64,000 nucleotides of DNA from Bacteroidota bacterium (GCA_947457395.1 CANGVA010000003.1:78825-142824), one strand, 5' to 3'. Shown: positions 1 to 10,191, counted from the first letter of the stretch. The notes: generated from the sequence alone by a model not told the origin. Translations and numbers: made by a program.

Positions 1-192
1 GTTATTCAATCACTGAAGAACCCTATTATCTCTGTTATTTTAATGGACTGTTCAGGTAAAACTATTCTGCAATTAAATGATATTGGTAATGAAGGGGAAT
101 TAGATATCAGCGAGGTTGCTGATGGTATGTATTTACTAAAAGTAAGTACTGCCCAAACCAATGAAATAAAGAAAATTTTGATAAAGCATTAA
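1..192 (+). CDS. 3' end of a T9SS-secreted protein (type-A Por C-terminal sorting domain); 5' part lies outside the window
   Basis: Frame 1 translates to ...DISEVADGMYLLKVSTAQTNEIKKILIKH*, the typical Por_Secre_tail ending (G.Y.LKV... K-rich terminus); stop TAA at 190-192. Confidence 0.6.
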   Translation, partial: VIQSLKNPIISVILMDCSGKTILQLNDIGNEGELDISEVADGMYLLKVSTAQTNEIKKILIKH

Positions 193-200
193 GCCGGCCT

Positions 201-3200
201 ATGAAACAACTCTTCCTCTACTCACTTCTATTTACAGTTTCCGCTAACCTTGCACTTGCTCAGAATATATTTTCAGGAGAGCCGGTGCAGGTTACCGGCA
301 CTATGAATAGTTTTACCACAGCAGCTGCAGCCAATTCTACCTACCGAAGGATTACTACCACAACAGGAAATCCTACGGATGGAAGAGGTCAATGGGTTAA
401 AACCTATAACGCACAGCCAACAGGTGGAGATGTAACCAATACAAATATGCCCGGTGGCTCGGGTGGTGGCTTTTTATTTATTTCAGGACCTCCATCCAAC
501 AGGTTTCAAAATAAATGGGTTTTCTCAGGAGTTGGTCAGGCCAAATTAGATACGATCAATTCAATCTCAGCCTATAATTTTGGTCAGGATATGGGTTTGA
601 ATATGGCCACTCCGGGTAGATACACTTTTGTGTTTAATGATTGTGGTTATACAGCAACCAATGCCTTTTTTTATGTGGGTTACACACAAAATCAGCCGGT
701 GCAACTAAGCGGAGCAGGCATGCAGTTGCTGCAGAATGGCAGTGTTCAGGTACAAATATCAACTTCATCAACACCTTCCGCAACGGAAAGGGTATTTATC
801 AGGTATACACTCAATAACAATTTTGGTACCTCTTCGGGTAGTAGTATTATTCAGTGTTCTTCTATAAACAGTCCTAAAGATACGCTTTGGCAGGCAAATA
901 TTCCTGCGGCTTCTGCAGGAAGTAGCGTAAGCTATTATTTTTTCACATCAACGCTTTCGGCAGCGCAACTAAACGCTCTTAATGAAACGGGTAAGTCTTT
1001 ATGTGCAATTAGCGTTGCAGATAATAACGGATCAAATTTTCAGTATAGTTTTGTTCCAAAATATAATGTGGTATTTAGGATAAATATGGCTGCATTTGCA
1101 TGCACGCCATTCGATTCTATAACCTTAACAGGTAATCAGCAGGCATTAGGAAACTGGATTACATCAAGAAGATTAAAGCCTGTCGGTTCTATATTCTCAG
1201 ATACACTTTTGCTTGATTCAGGTAATTTGTTGGAGTATAAATTCAGATACCACCGCAATGGCCTAGCAAACTGGGAGGGAACATTTTCTACTACTAGTGG
1301 CAACAGAGAGTTAAGAGTTTCAAGAGATACTATATTACCTGCTTTTTGCTTCGGTCAGCAGCAGGCCTGCCCCGCTTTCATTCCTCCCTCACAGATTACC
1401 TTTAGGGTAGATTTAAGCAGAGGTTCACCGGATGTGCAGGGAAGAATATTTGTGATGGGTAATTTTACCCAACAGCCATGGCAACAAGGAGCATTGCGGT
1501 TATTCCCTGTTGCAGGTAAACCCGGACAATACGAAAGAACGATAACTACGTGCAGAGATACGTTATTGTATAAGTTTATAAATGGAGATAGTAGTGTTAT
1601 TGCCAACGCTGAAAGTTTTCCTTCACCATCCCAGCGCACCTGCGTTGTGCCTGCATCAGGAGGAGGGTTTAATAGAAGATTTATTAGGAATGATAGTTTG
1701 CCTGCTGTTTTGGACTTCATGTTTGATAGTTGTATGGCGGCACCTGTTTTACCGAAACTTAAGATTGTATTTGAAGTGAACCTAGAAAAGCAGAAGTGTG
1801 CATTACCTGACTCTGTATGTTTGGTGGGTAACAGTGTTTTTTTGGGTGGTTGGGGAAGTGGCAGAAAAATGACCAGAATACCAGGAACCAATCGCTATAT
1901 AGATTCTTTGCAAATAGATTCAGGACTAGTTTTGCAATATAAATTCAGAGCCCATCGCAATGGGCAAAGTATCTGGGAGGCTGATTTTATGACTCCGAGT
2001 AAAAATAGAGAGCTGCTGGTTAACGGTAACCTAAAAGCAGGTCCTTTCTGTTTTGGAGAAACAGCCAATTGTCCTTCAGGAAATCCTCCGTCTGCAGTAA
2101 AATTCAGAGTTGACTTATCGGATATAATTCCGGATGCTCAGTCAAGGGTATTTGTTATGGGTAATTTCACACAGCCCCAATGGCAGGGCGGTGCACTAAG
2201 GATGCAAGTGGTTTCCGGAAGGCCTGGCTTTTTTGAGCTTACCACACAGGTTTGTGTTGATACTATTTTTTATAAATTCATCAATGGCGATAGTTCAATT
2301 GTAGCAAATGCTGAATCATATCCTGATCCTAATCAGAGAGGATGTTTGATAAGTAATGGACTTGGAGGATTTAACAGAATGCTTGTGAGAAATTCGACAA
2401 ACCTAACGGAAGTAGAATATTTATTTAATAAATGCAGTAAAAAAGAAGAGGCTCAAATCAGTAATCCCGTTCCCACTATAGTTTGTGGTAATGGTATTGT
2501 TACGGTGCAATATAGTTTACGTTTTGCGCAATACACAGATACGATATTCACCATAGAAATCTCAGATACATCAGGAAGCTTTACTCAACCTGTAAATGCC
2601 GGAACAGTTAAGTTGTTTAATCAAACCGGTCAAACCAATCTTGCCATTCCGGCCCCTGCTTTCTCAGGAAAATACTGGATTAGACTTGTTTCTCCTGCAA
2701 GAAGTATTATCAGTTCTGCAATGGAAATCACTAGAAGGTCATCTGTATCAGTTGGCACAATAAGTGGGGCATCTTTTGTAAGAAAGAATGCAATTCACCC
2801 GTATCAAACAACTTTACCTCAAGGCTCAACAGCTATTTGGGAAGTTACCGGAGGTTTAATTCAAACTGGCGGAGGAACGGATAAGATTACCGTACAGTGG
2901 ATGAATGATGGATTACACAGCATCAAGGTAAAAGCCAATGATACCTGTAGTAATCAAACGCAGCTAACTGTTTCAGTTTGTCAGCCGGTAGGTGCAGACA
3001 GTATTATAGGACCAAGACAAGTTAAGCCTGCAGATACGGTTACTTATGAGGCCGCCAATAAATCATTTAGTGTTTACTTATGGCAGATAAGCAGTAATGG
3101 TAAATTAATCAGCGGTGCAGGAACCCCGCAAGTAAAAGTTATCTGGCAAAACGGCACATCCGGTAATGTCAGTGTTTATCCTCCTGAACCGTGTGTTGAT

Positions 3201-3479
3201 ACCTTAAGCATAGCCGTTAATATTGGATCAACCGGAGTGCAACAAGTGCAAAATCATGCAGTATCAATTTACCCAAATCCTTTTACTGATAAAATTTATT
3301 TCAGCGGATTAACCAACCAAACAAATGTCACCATTAAAGGCATAACAGGTGTAATTCATCAAGTGGTATATCATCAGGAGAAAGGCTTCATTGAAACGCA
3401 CATGCTGCCTGCAGGTGTTTATTTTTTAAACATCAGCACTGAATCTGGTTTGCAAATATTTAAATTGATAAAACTTTAA
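201..3479 (+). CDS. Large secreted multi-domain T9SS cargo protein with a conserved N-terminal domain of unknown function, tandem CBM20-like (starch-binding-like) repeats, a PKD/Ig-like region and a C-terminal T9SS sorting domain
   Basis: ATG start followed by signal peptide (MKQLFLYSLLFTVSANLALAQ). Repeated ...LGNW...EYKFR.HRNG..W motifs resemble CBM20/CBM25 starch-binding modules. C-terminus SIYPNPFTDKIYFSGL...GVYFLNI...LIKL = Por_Secre_tail. Confidence 0.7.
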   Translation: MKQLFLYSLLFTVSANLALAQNIFSGEPVQVTGTMNSFTTAAAANSTYRRITTTTGNPTDGRGQWVKTYNAQPTGGDVTNTNMPGGSGGGFLFISGPPSNRFQNKWVFSGVGQAKLDTINSISAYNFGQDMGLNMATPGRYTFVFNDCGYTATNAFFYVGYTQNQPVQLSGAGMQLLQNGSVQVQISTSSTPSATERVFIRYTLNNNFGTSSGSSIIQCSSINSPKDTLWQANIPAASAGSSVSYYFFTSTLSAAQLNALNETGKSLCAISVADNNGSNFQYSFVPKYNVVFRINMAAFACTPFDSITLTGNQQALGNWITSRRLKPVGSIFSDTLLLDSGNLLEYKFRYHRNGLANWEGTFSTTSGNRELRVSRDTILPAFCFGQQQACPAFIPPSQITFRVDLSRGSPDVQGRIFVMGNFTQQPWQQGALRLFPVAGKPGQYERTITTCRDTLLYKFINGDSSVIANAESFPSPSQRTCVVPASGGGFNRRFIRNDSLPAVLDFMFDSCMAAPVLPKLKIVFEVNLEKQKCALPDSVCLVGNSVFLGGWGSGRKMTRIPGTNRYIDSLQIDSGLVLQYKFRAHRNGQSIWEADFMTPSKNRELLVNGNLKAGPFCFGETANCPSGNPPSAVKFRVDLSDIIPDAQSRVFVMGNFTQPQWQGGALRMQVVSGRPGFFELTTQVCVDTIFYKFINGDSSIVANAESYPDPNQRGCLISNGLGGFNRMLVRNSTNLTEVEYLFNKCSKKEEAQISNPVPTIVCGNGIVTVQYSLRFAQYTDTIFTIEISDTSGSFTQPVNAGTVKLFNQTGQTNLAIPAPAFSGKYWIRLVSPARSIISSAMEITRRSSVSVGTISGASFVRKNAIHPYQTTLPQGSTAIWEVTGGLIQTGGGTDKITVQWMNDGLHSIKVKANDTCSNQTQLTVSVCQPVGADSIIGPRQVKPADTVTYEAANKSFSVYLWQISSNGKLISGAGTPQVKVIWQNGTSGNVSVYPPEPCVDTLSIAVNIGSTGVQQVQNHAVSIYPNPFTDKIYFSGLTNQTNVTIKGITGVIHQVVYHQEKGFIETHMLPAGVYFLNISTESGLQIFKLIKL
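1060..2436 (+). repeat. Internal tandem duplication inside CDS 201..3479: two ~680-nt units (1060-1745 and 1765-2436), each encoding two CBM-like modules
   Basis: Protein segments YNVVFRINM...YKFRYHRNGLANWEGTFSTTSGNRELRV...FRVDLSRGSPDVQGRIFVMGNF...YKFINGDSSVIANAESFP and KIVFEVNLEK...YKFRAHRNGQSIWEADFMTPSKNRELLV...FRVDLSDIIPDAQSRVFVMGNF...YKFINGDSSIVANAESYP align at roughly 55-60% identity by eye. Confidence 0.7.
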
Positions 3480-3490
3480 AAAATGAACCT

Positions 3491-5602
3491 ATGAAATTAA
3501 AATTACTTCTATCAAAGGTTAATTGTTTAACCTTGTTGCTTCTATTTGTATTTTGCTCCTTGCATCTTCATGCACAAAATATCTTTTCAGGAGAACCTGT
3601 TCAGGTAACCGGCAGTATGAGTAGCTACGGTACATCAGCAGCAGCCAATGCTACCTACAGAAGAATAACTACTACTATTGGCAATCCAACGGATGGCAGA
3701 GGGCAGTGGGTTAAAACTTACAATGCCCAAGTAACGGGTGGTGATGTAACAAATGCCAATATGCCGGGAGGAGGCAGTGCAGGTTTTCTTTTTATATCCG
3801 GTCCTGCTGCAAATCGTTTTCAGAATAAGTGGGTATTCAGTAACATTGCTCAGGCCCGCAAAGACTCCGTCAATATTGCTGATGCTTATAACACAGGTCA
3901 GGATATGGGATTAAATATGAGCACAGCTGGCAGGTATACATTTGTATTTAATGATTGTGGATATACCAGTGTTAATGCTAGATATTATGTTGGCTATACT
4001 TTGAATATTCCCGTGATACCAACAAACGTCTCGCAAAGCATACAAGCTAATAATAGTGTACTTGTAAATATTACTACTTCTGCTGCGCCATCTCCGGGTG
4101 AACGTGTATTTGTTAGATTTACTAGTGCTGCAACTTTTGCATCTACTAGCACCACTAACATTGTAGAGGCAATATCAACCAATGCACCAGCTAATACAAC
4201 CTGGCAGGCAACTATTCCTTCGCAGGCTCCAGGTACCTCAATCAGGTATTATGCGTTTACTTCTACGTTACCTCTTTCCCGTTTAAATCAGCTAACTGAA
4301 TTAGACAGAACATTGTGTTGCCTACAGGTAAATGATAATGGTGGAAATAATTATATTGTTGCTTTTGCACCTAAATTCAATGTTACATTCTCGGTTGACG
4401 TTACGAACAGTAATTGTTCAGGCATAGATTCCGTTACGATTACCGGTTCTGTTGCCGCTATGTCAATTTGGGGCAACGGACACAGACTTAATAGGGTAGG
4501 AACAACAAATGTTTATAACAGGACATTGCAACTTGATTCAGGAGTTGCGGTTGAGTATAAGTTTCGTTTTCACAGGAATGGTGCTACTAATTGGGAAGGC
4601 ACCTTTTCAACACCTTCAGGAAACAGAGAATTGGTTCCAATCAAAGATAGTACGCTTAGCACACCTTGCTTTGGTACTACATCTGCATGTGTAGCAATTC
4701 CTCCTCCATCTAATATAACATTTGCAGTTAATTTAACCGGACAGTCACCAGATCCGCTTGGTAGAATTTATGTAATTGGTAATTTTGGAACAGCCACCTG
4801 GATAAGTGGTGCTATACGTATGACTCCTATTGCAGGTTTGCCAAATCACTTTCAGGCTGTAGTGAACAATGTTTGTCCTGCTTCGTTTGAGTATAAATTT
4901 GTTAATGGAGACAGTTCGGTAATTGGTAACCAAGAAAGCTTCCCAAATCCTGCACAACGCGCATGTGTTATAAGCAATGGCTTTGGCGGATTTAATCGCG
5001 TTTATACTAGGGTTAATGCCAATCCGGTGCTGTTAGGGTTTGTATTTAATGCATGTAATACAGCACTTCCTGTTCAGTTTATAAGTATATCGGCCATTCG
5101 CAAAGGGGCAGGTGCAATAATTAATTGGACAACTGCATCCGAAACCAATAATAGGGGTTTCTTTATTCAAAGGTCAATTAACGGTGTTGATTTCGAAGAT
5201 ATGGGATTTGTTGAAGGTTCCGGTGAAAGTAAGACTCAAAGAAACTACTCGTTCCATGATAAGGATGCCAATCAAATTAGTTATTACAGAATTAAGCAGG
5301 TAGATTTTAATGAAACCTACGCTTATTCAAAGATTGTAACATTAGAAGCGCTCACTTCGGATTTAAATTTGGGTGTATACCCAATTCCTTTTAAGGACAA
5401 TGTGAAAATTCACTTCAATGAGGAGATTGATGGTAATATTTCATGGAGTCTATATAATACCAGTGGCATGCTGCTGCAAGAAGGTGAGCATGCTAAAACA
5501 AATTCATTTGAGTTGAGCGGCCTGGCTAACTATCAGGCGGGCGTCTACTATTTGAAAGTAATGTGTAACAAGGTTACTAAAACAGTTAAGTTAATTAAAT
5601 AA
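3491..5602 (+). CDS. Paralog of the preceding gene: secreted T9SS cargo protein with the same N-terminal domain, one copy of the double CBM-like unit, and a Por C-terminal sorting domain
   Basis: Signal peptide. N-terminal ~300 aa nearly collinear with ORF 201..3479 (QNIFSGEPVQVTG.M.S....AAAN.TYRRITTT.GNPTDGRGQWVKTYNAQ...). C-terminus LNLGVYPIPFKDNVKIHF...GVYYLKV...KLIK. Confidence 0.7.
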   Translation: MKLKLLLSKVNCLTLLLLFVFCSLHLHAQNIFSGEPVQVTGSMSSYGTSAAANATYRRITTTIGNPTDGRGQWVKTYNAQVTGGDVTNANMPGGGSAGFLFISGPAANRFQNKWVFSNIAQARKDSVNIADAYNTGQDMGLNMSTAGRYTFVFNDCGYTSVNARYYVGYTLNIPVIPTNVSQSIQANNSVLVNITTSAAPSPGERVFVRFTSAATFASTSTTNIVEAISTNAPANTTWQATIPSQAPGTSIRYYAFTSTLPLSRLNQLTELDRTLCCLQVNDNGGNNYIVAFAPKFNVTFSVDVTNSNCSGIDSVTITGSVAAMSIWGNGHRLNRVGTTNVYNRTLQLDSGVAVEYKFRFHRNGATNWEGTFSTPSGNRELVPIKDSTLSTPCFGTTSACVAIPPPSNITFAVNLTGQSPDPLGRIYVIGNFGTATWISGAIRMTPIAGLPNHFQAVVNNVCPASFEYKFVNGDSSVIGNQESFPNPAQRACVISNGFGGFNRVYTRVNANPVLLGFVFNACNTALPVQFISISAIRKGAGAIINWTTASETNNRGFFIQRSINGVDFEDMGFVEGSGESKTQRNYSFHDKDANQISYYRIKQVDFNETYAYSKIVTLEALTSDLNLGVYPIPFKDNVKIHFNEEIDGNISWSLYNTSGMLLQEGEHAKTNSFELSGLANYQAGVYYLKVMCNKVTKTVKLIK

Positions 5603-5630
5603 GAATTAATAAATTTCAATATTTAACTAA

Positions 5631-5661
5631 AAACACCTGACTGATTCAGTCAGGTGTTTTT
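5631..5661. terminator. Bidirectional intrinsic terminator between convergent genes
   Basis: aaacacctgactg-att-cagtcaggtgttttt: a 10-13 bp perfect GC-containing stem with a 3-nt loop, an A-tract on the 5' side and a T-tract on the 3' side. Lies 29 bp after the stop of 3491..5602 and ~95 bp after the end of 5756..6841 (minus). Confidence 0.65.
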
Positions 5662-5755
5662 AGTTTGAAGGTAGAGTGAATTTAAATCCATGAAAAATAA
5701 GTGCAATTTTATTTTTTAATATGTAAATGTATTCACTGCGATAATTTTCATCCTG

Positions 5756-6841
5756 TTAAAACTTGTATACAAAATCAAGATAAGGAAGCGTTACATTTCT
5801 GGTATCAGGATCAGGTGCAATATTAACTACTGCAAAATCAATGCTGATTGCATTACTTGGCATAAAGCGTAAGCCAAGTGATAAAGCAGTTGAGTAAAAA
5901 TTCTTCTTTTCGTATACAGATTCCATCCATTCACTCCCGGTTCCGCTGGCTCGCAGCACTTGTCTATTATAACCTGCTCTTGGAATCATCCAGTTTTCTG
6001 TAACCAAAGAAATTTTCTTTGATATCCTTGTCATGCCATTTATGGTAGCTATGGGTCCTGGTGTAGCACTGTATTTATTATCAAAGCTGGCAAAGCCATA
6101 ACCTGCGCCAAGGGTAATATTGTGCTCGGTAGAACCATAGGTAGCGAGGCCATAGGCAACCCCTGCGCTTAGTCCCATTTCACTAAGAAAGGATTGGGTA
6201 AATAATATACCTGCACCGGTATAAAAACGTTCGGTTAGTTTAAATGATACTTTCGGAGTGATATAAAACAGAAAAGGTATTACAACACCTCCTCCAACAG
6301 TGAGGTTATTGGTTATCCCCACGTTGACCGAGTTGCCTATGATATAGGCATTTTGAAAATAGCCTTCTTTCTTTTTTAACGGAATAGCACTGGGTGCAAA
6401 AAAGTAGCGGGTAGCATTGGGATTGGCAAACCAAATACTACCTTTTCTGCTTGCAAATAAAGAGTAAGATGTAATTTTACTTATCATATTTACCGGGAAG
6501 GAGATGATGCCAGCAGAGCCTGTTTTAAGAAATACAACGCCACCGTTTAAACCAATCATTTCCCCTATATAGGTTTTCCCATTGGCAGCCTCAATCACTA
6601 TTTTGTCTTCGAGTTTATTAATATCTATTTCTTTAACTTCTTTCACAGCAATGGCAACCCTGCCTAAATTAAAATCATAAATAGCAACAGAGTCTGATTG
6701 TTGGTAATCAAGCAAACCATAAATTGTAGAGCCATCATTGAGTAATAAGGTGACTACAGATAAACCTATACTATCCGCTGATTGTCCCTTTGTAGCTAAG
6801 TTAGATATAGTTAGAAAAAATAAAGTAATTATCAGGCGCAT
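5756..6841 (-). CDS. Hypothetical secreted protein (N-terminal signal peptide; Gly/Ala-rich, possibly beta-rich)
   Basis: ATG start; MRLIITLFFLTISNLATKGQ signal peptide. No motif recognised. Confidence 0.5.
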   Translation of the reverse strand: MRLIITLFFLTISNLATKGQSADSIGLSVVTLLLNDGSTIYGLLDYQQSDSVAIYDFNLGRVAIAVKEVKEIDINKLEDKIVIEAANGKTYIGEMIGLNGGVVFLKTGSAGIISFPVNMISKITSYSLFASRKGSIWFANPNATRYFFAPSAIPLKKKEGYFQNAYIIGNSVNVGITNNLTVGGGVVIPFLFYITPKVSFKLTERFYTGAGILFTQSFLSEMGLSAGVAYGLATYGSTEHNITLGAGYGFASFDNKYSATPGPIATINGMTRISKKISLVTENWMIPRAGYNRQVLRASGTGSEWMESVYEKKNFYSTALSLGLRFMPSNAISIDFAVVNIAPDPDTRNVTLPYLDFVYKF

Positions 6842-7020
6842 ATATTTTCTTTAGCTTGGTTTTTATAAAAAAACCAGAACAGTTTAGTGTTTCAAAAGTA
6901 TATATAAGTATTTTTCAATTTCATGATTTCCATCATCATAATTTCTTTACTATACTTATGAAAAATATCAATCAGTAAGGTCCTGCAAACAGCTAGTTGA
7001 TTTGTTATTTTTGATAAACG

Positions 7021-8232
7021 ATGAAGGAGGAACTCTTACATTTTATTTGGCAAAGCAAGTTGCTTGCAGGAAATAAACTATTCACAACTAATGGTGAGCC
7101 TATTCAAATAATCAAGCAGGGTATATATAATAAAGATGCAGGACCTGATTTCCTCAATGCACGTATAAAAATTGGTGGAACAGAGTGGGCAGGCAATCTG
7201 GAAATGCATATTCATTCCTCAGAATGGCTGCAGCACCGCCATCAAAATGACCGAGCCTATGATAATGTTATTTTACACGTAGTCTACCATCATGATAAAC
7301 CTGTTTTAAACAAACATGGGCAAGAATTACCTACACTTGAATTAAAAGAACTGCTCCAACCTGCACTCATCAGAAAGTATACATACCTCCTTCAGAACAA
7401 GCATACCATAGCCTGTGAGACTATTTTTAGATTACCTGATCCTGTAAAAACAAATCTTTGGCTAAGCAGACTATTAATTGAGCGTCTTGAACATAAATGT
7501 AATTATCTGAACGATTTATTAATCAGAACAAATCAAAATTGGGAGCAGAGTTTTTATTTGTTTACTGCAAGGTACTTTGGTATGAAAACAAATGCACAGC
7601 CTTTTGAATGGCTTGCAGAACGCATACCACTTATTGCTTTAGCTAAACATAAGGAGAGACCTGAGCAAATATTGGCAATGCTTATGGGAACTGCAGGATT
7701 GATTGATGAAACGAAGCAGCCAGATTTGCAGGCTGAATTCTTATTTCTTCAGCATAAGTATCATCTGGAAGCCTTGCCTAGACATGTCTGGAAATTTTCA
7801 CAAACAAGACCGGCTAATTTCCCAACAGTTCGTATTAAGCAATTTGCTGCCTTGATTCATGAGTCATCACATCTTTTTTCAAAGGTGATGCAGGTAAGAG
7901 ATGTATGTGAGTTGGAGGAACTCTATACTGTTACTGGCGAGTCAAAACTCAGTAGACAATCCATTCAACTAATACTAATCAATACCAGTATACCTGCTTT
8001 ATTTTTATACGGAAAAAAAATGAATAAGCCCGAGTTATGTGAAAAGGCACTGTCTTTTATAGAAGAATTGAACGCAGAACAAAACGCAACCATTCGATTT
8101 TGGGCATCTAAAGGGCTTAAGGCTCAAAATGCAGCACAAAGTCAGGCATTATTGCAACTTAATCAGTACTATTGTACTCAATTAGCCTGTTTGACATGCA
8201 TGTTCGGACAAAATATTTTATTAAATGAATAG
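7021..8232 (+). CDS. DUF2851 family protein
   Basis: N-terminus MKEELLHFIWQSKLL...GPDFLNARIKIGG..WAGN.EMHI.SSEW..H.H..D..Y.NVILHVV matches the conserved start of Bacteroidota DUF2851 proteins as I recall them. Length ~400 aa is typical. Confidence 0.65.
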   Translation: MKEELLHFIWQSKLLAGNKLFTTNGEPIQIIKQGIYNKDAGPDFLNARIKIGGTEWAGNLEMHIHSSEWLQHRHQNDRAYDNVILHVVYHHDKPVLNKHGQELPTLELKELLQPALIRKYTYLLQNKHTIACETIFRLPDPVKTNLWLSRLLIERLEHKCNYLNDLLIRTNQNWEQSFYLFTARYFGMKTNAQPFEWLAERIPLIALAKHKERPEQILAMLMGTAGLIDETKQPDLQAEFLFLQHKYHLEALPRHVWKFSQTRPANFPTVRIKQFAALIHESSHLFSKVMQVRDVCELEELYTVTGESKLSRQSIQLILINTSIPALFLYGKKMNKPELCEKALSFIEELNAEQNATIRFWASKGLKAQNAAQSQALLQLNQYYCTQLACLTCMFGQNILLNE

Positions 8233-8791
8233 ATTAATTATTCTTAGTTTTTTTATCCTACCCTTGGCAGCTGTTTGTCAGCCTGCCTTGTACTTTTATA
8301 ATGCGCAAGTCAACAAGATCATTGTAGCAAAACCCGGTGATCAGCTCGTGGTAATGTATAAAGGATACAACAACCAGACTGAATTTTATAGAGAAATTAT
8401 TACAGAGATTACAGACAGTACGGTAACGCTTGGTAATAACTATAACCATGCAAATAATTTTATTAGCAGGGGTCAAAAGCGAAAAGCAGAGAAATTAGGA
8501 CCCAATTTTAAAGTTATTGCCATTAAAGATATTGTTGCTTTCAGAAGAATTGGTGTAGGTAGTATACTAACAAAATCTGTATTGCAGATTGGGTCGGTGC
8601 TAGGTTTAGTCGTTTTAGCTGAAGACGTCTTTGAATCATCTAGTTTTAGTTCATCAGAAAAATTTCTAATTACATTTGGTGCAGGCTTAGCAACCAAGGT
8701 TCTTTTAACCATATTATTCCCGGAAGGCGTGAAGTATCAAATGAGTGATGGTTGGCAATCATCTTCGGTTAAACCGCAAACAGCCAGATAG
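8225..8791 (+). CDS. Hypothetical secreted/membrane protein (signal peptide; hydrophobic C-terminal half)
   Basis: ATG overlapping the upstream stop by 8 nt; MNRLIILSFFILPLAAVCQ signal. Confidence 0.45.
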   Translation: MNRLIILSFFILPLAAVCQPALYFYNAQVNKIIVAKPGDQLVVMYKGYNNQTEFYREIITEITDSTVTLGNNYNHANNFISRGQKRKAEKLGPNFKVIAIKDIVAFRRIGVGSILTKSVLQIGSVLGLVVLAEDVFESSSFSSSEKFLITFGAGLATKVLLTILFPEGVKYQMSDGWQSSSVKPQTAR

Positions 8792-8839
8792 CCGGAGCCA
8801 AGATATTAATTGAAATCAAATTTGGATACATTTGTAAAC

Positions 8840-9055
8840 ATGGAAAAAATCAAATACTTCTTCGAAAAGCATGCTTTTGGTGTATGCACCTATATCGGGG
8901 ATAAGTTTGGCATTTCTGTTTCCCGTATCAGGCTTTATTTTATATATACATCTTTCATAACCATGGGTTCGCCTATCATATTTTATCTTGTTGCTGCTTT
9001 CTGGATTAATCTAAGAAAGTATATCAGAAGTAATAAAACAATCTGGGATTTATAA
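8840..9055 (+). CDS. PspC-domain membrane protein (phage-shock protein C family)
   Basis: MEKIKYFFEKHAFGVCTYIGDKFGISVSRIRLYFIYTSFITMGSPIIFYLVAAFWIN matches the PspC domain (G.C.G.A..FG.....R..F). The ORF-track start at 8810 is TTG and the first ATG is at 8840. The stop overlaps the HK start (TAATG at 9053-9057). Confidence 0.6.
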   Translation: MEKIKYFFEKHAFGVCTYIGDKFGISVSRIRLYFIYTSFITMGSPIIFYLVAAFWINLRKYIRSNKTIWDL

Positions 9056-10191
9056 TGCCGAATTTATTCAAAGCATTTTATTACGTAAAGAAACCCGGTA
9101 TTATTTTCGCATTTTTATCGGTGTATATTGTTGCAGCTTTTAGTTGGTGGACCTACTCTCATATTCGATCTGCGCAAAGTCTGTCTGCCATGCACACTCA
9201 AAAACTGGAGCTGATGTGCTACAAGGCAACACTGGAGTGCAACGGTACAGTAGCGCAGGAGATGATTAGGGATACAATAGCATTTAAAACTTTCTTTGAT
9301 GCCAACTGGCCAGAACTTGAAGTTGTTTTTGATCAAAATTTAAATCCGCTCGAGAATTACATGATTAGGCCCCGTAAGGAATCATATATTCAAATAGATA
9401 AAAAGTTTGATCGAAAGATAAATATGTACCTCATGGAAGGTGTAGTAATGGTTTTCATTCTATTTTGGGGTATTGTATGGATTTACCGTTCATTACTTTC
9501 ACGGCTCATGCTAAATCGCTGGCAAAATAATTTTCTACTCTCGGTTACCCATGAATTAAAAACACCACTGGCTTCTATTAAACTTTATCTGGAAACTTTA
9601 TTGAAACGCGATTTAAGCAGAGAGCAAGCCCAGGTTATGATTACCAATTCCATTAGTGATGTAAATCGCTTAAAAGATCTGGTTGATAATATTCTTATAG
9701 CAACTCAACTTGACAGCAAACGTTATACGCTTAATAAAGTCAATATCAATATGAGTGAGGTGGTATCTCAATGTATTGAAAAGTATGCTCTACCCAGAAA
9801 TTTAACACAGCGCCTCATTTGCCAGATACAGGATGATATTTATATGATGGCTGATCAACTGGCAATTGAAACGGTTGTGGTTAATTTGCTGAGCAATGCC
9901 AATAAGTATTCACCGGCCGAAGGTTTGATTACCGTGAAACTGAATATGAGTGAGAATAAGGATAACGTGATATTGAGTGTATCCGATGAAGGGAATGGCA
10001 TTAGTGAAGCAGATAAAAGAAACCTGTTTAATAAATTTTTCCGTATTGGTGATGAGAGTGTCAGAAAAACAAAAGGAACAGGACTTGGCCTCTTCATTGT
10101 AAAAAATCTGTTAAACCTTATGCAGGGCGAGATAGTTGTAAAAGATAACCAACCTAAAGGGACTATCTTTGAACTATCATTCAAAGCATAA
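9055..10191 (+). CDS. Sensor histidine kinase (HisKA + HATPase_c), two N-terminal TM helices
   Basis: H-box LSVTHELKTPLASIKLYLETL; N/G boxes NLLSNANKYS, GTGLGLFIVKNL. Confidence 0.85.
   Translation: MPNLFKAFYYVKKPGIIFAFLSVYIVAAFSWWTYSHIRSAQSLSAMHTQKLELMCYKATLECNGTVAQEMIRDTIAFKTFFDANWPELEVVFDQNLNPLENYMIRPRKESYIQIDKKFDRKINMYLMEGVVMVFILFWGIVWIYRSLLSRLMLNRWQNNFLLSVTHELKTPLASIKLYLETLLKRDLSREQAQVMITNSISDVNRLKDLVDNILIATQLDSKRYTLNKVNINMSEVVSQCIEKYALPRNLTQRLICQIQDDIYMMADQLAIETVVVNLLSNANKYSPAEGLITVKLNMSENKDNVILSVSDEGNGISEADKRNLFNKFFRIGDESVRKTKGTGLGLFIVKNLLNLMQGEIVVKDNQPKGTIFELSFKA

Noticed and set aside
1355-1891. Many ORF-track ORFs nested antisense or out of frame inside long, well-supported genes (for example 1355..1891, 3994..4182, 12020..12734, 20646..20936, 21240..22334, 34826..35199, 40909..41736, 44677..44988, 47938..48822, 59220..61946)
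   Set aside because: They overlap genes with strong family signatures, have low-complexity translations and no motifs. They were treated as shadow ORFs.
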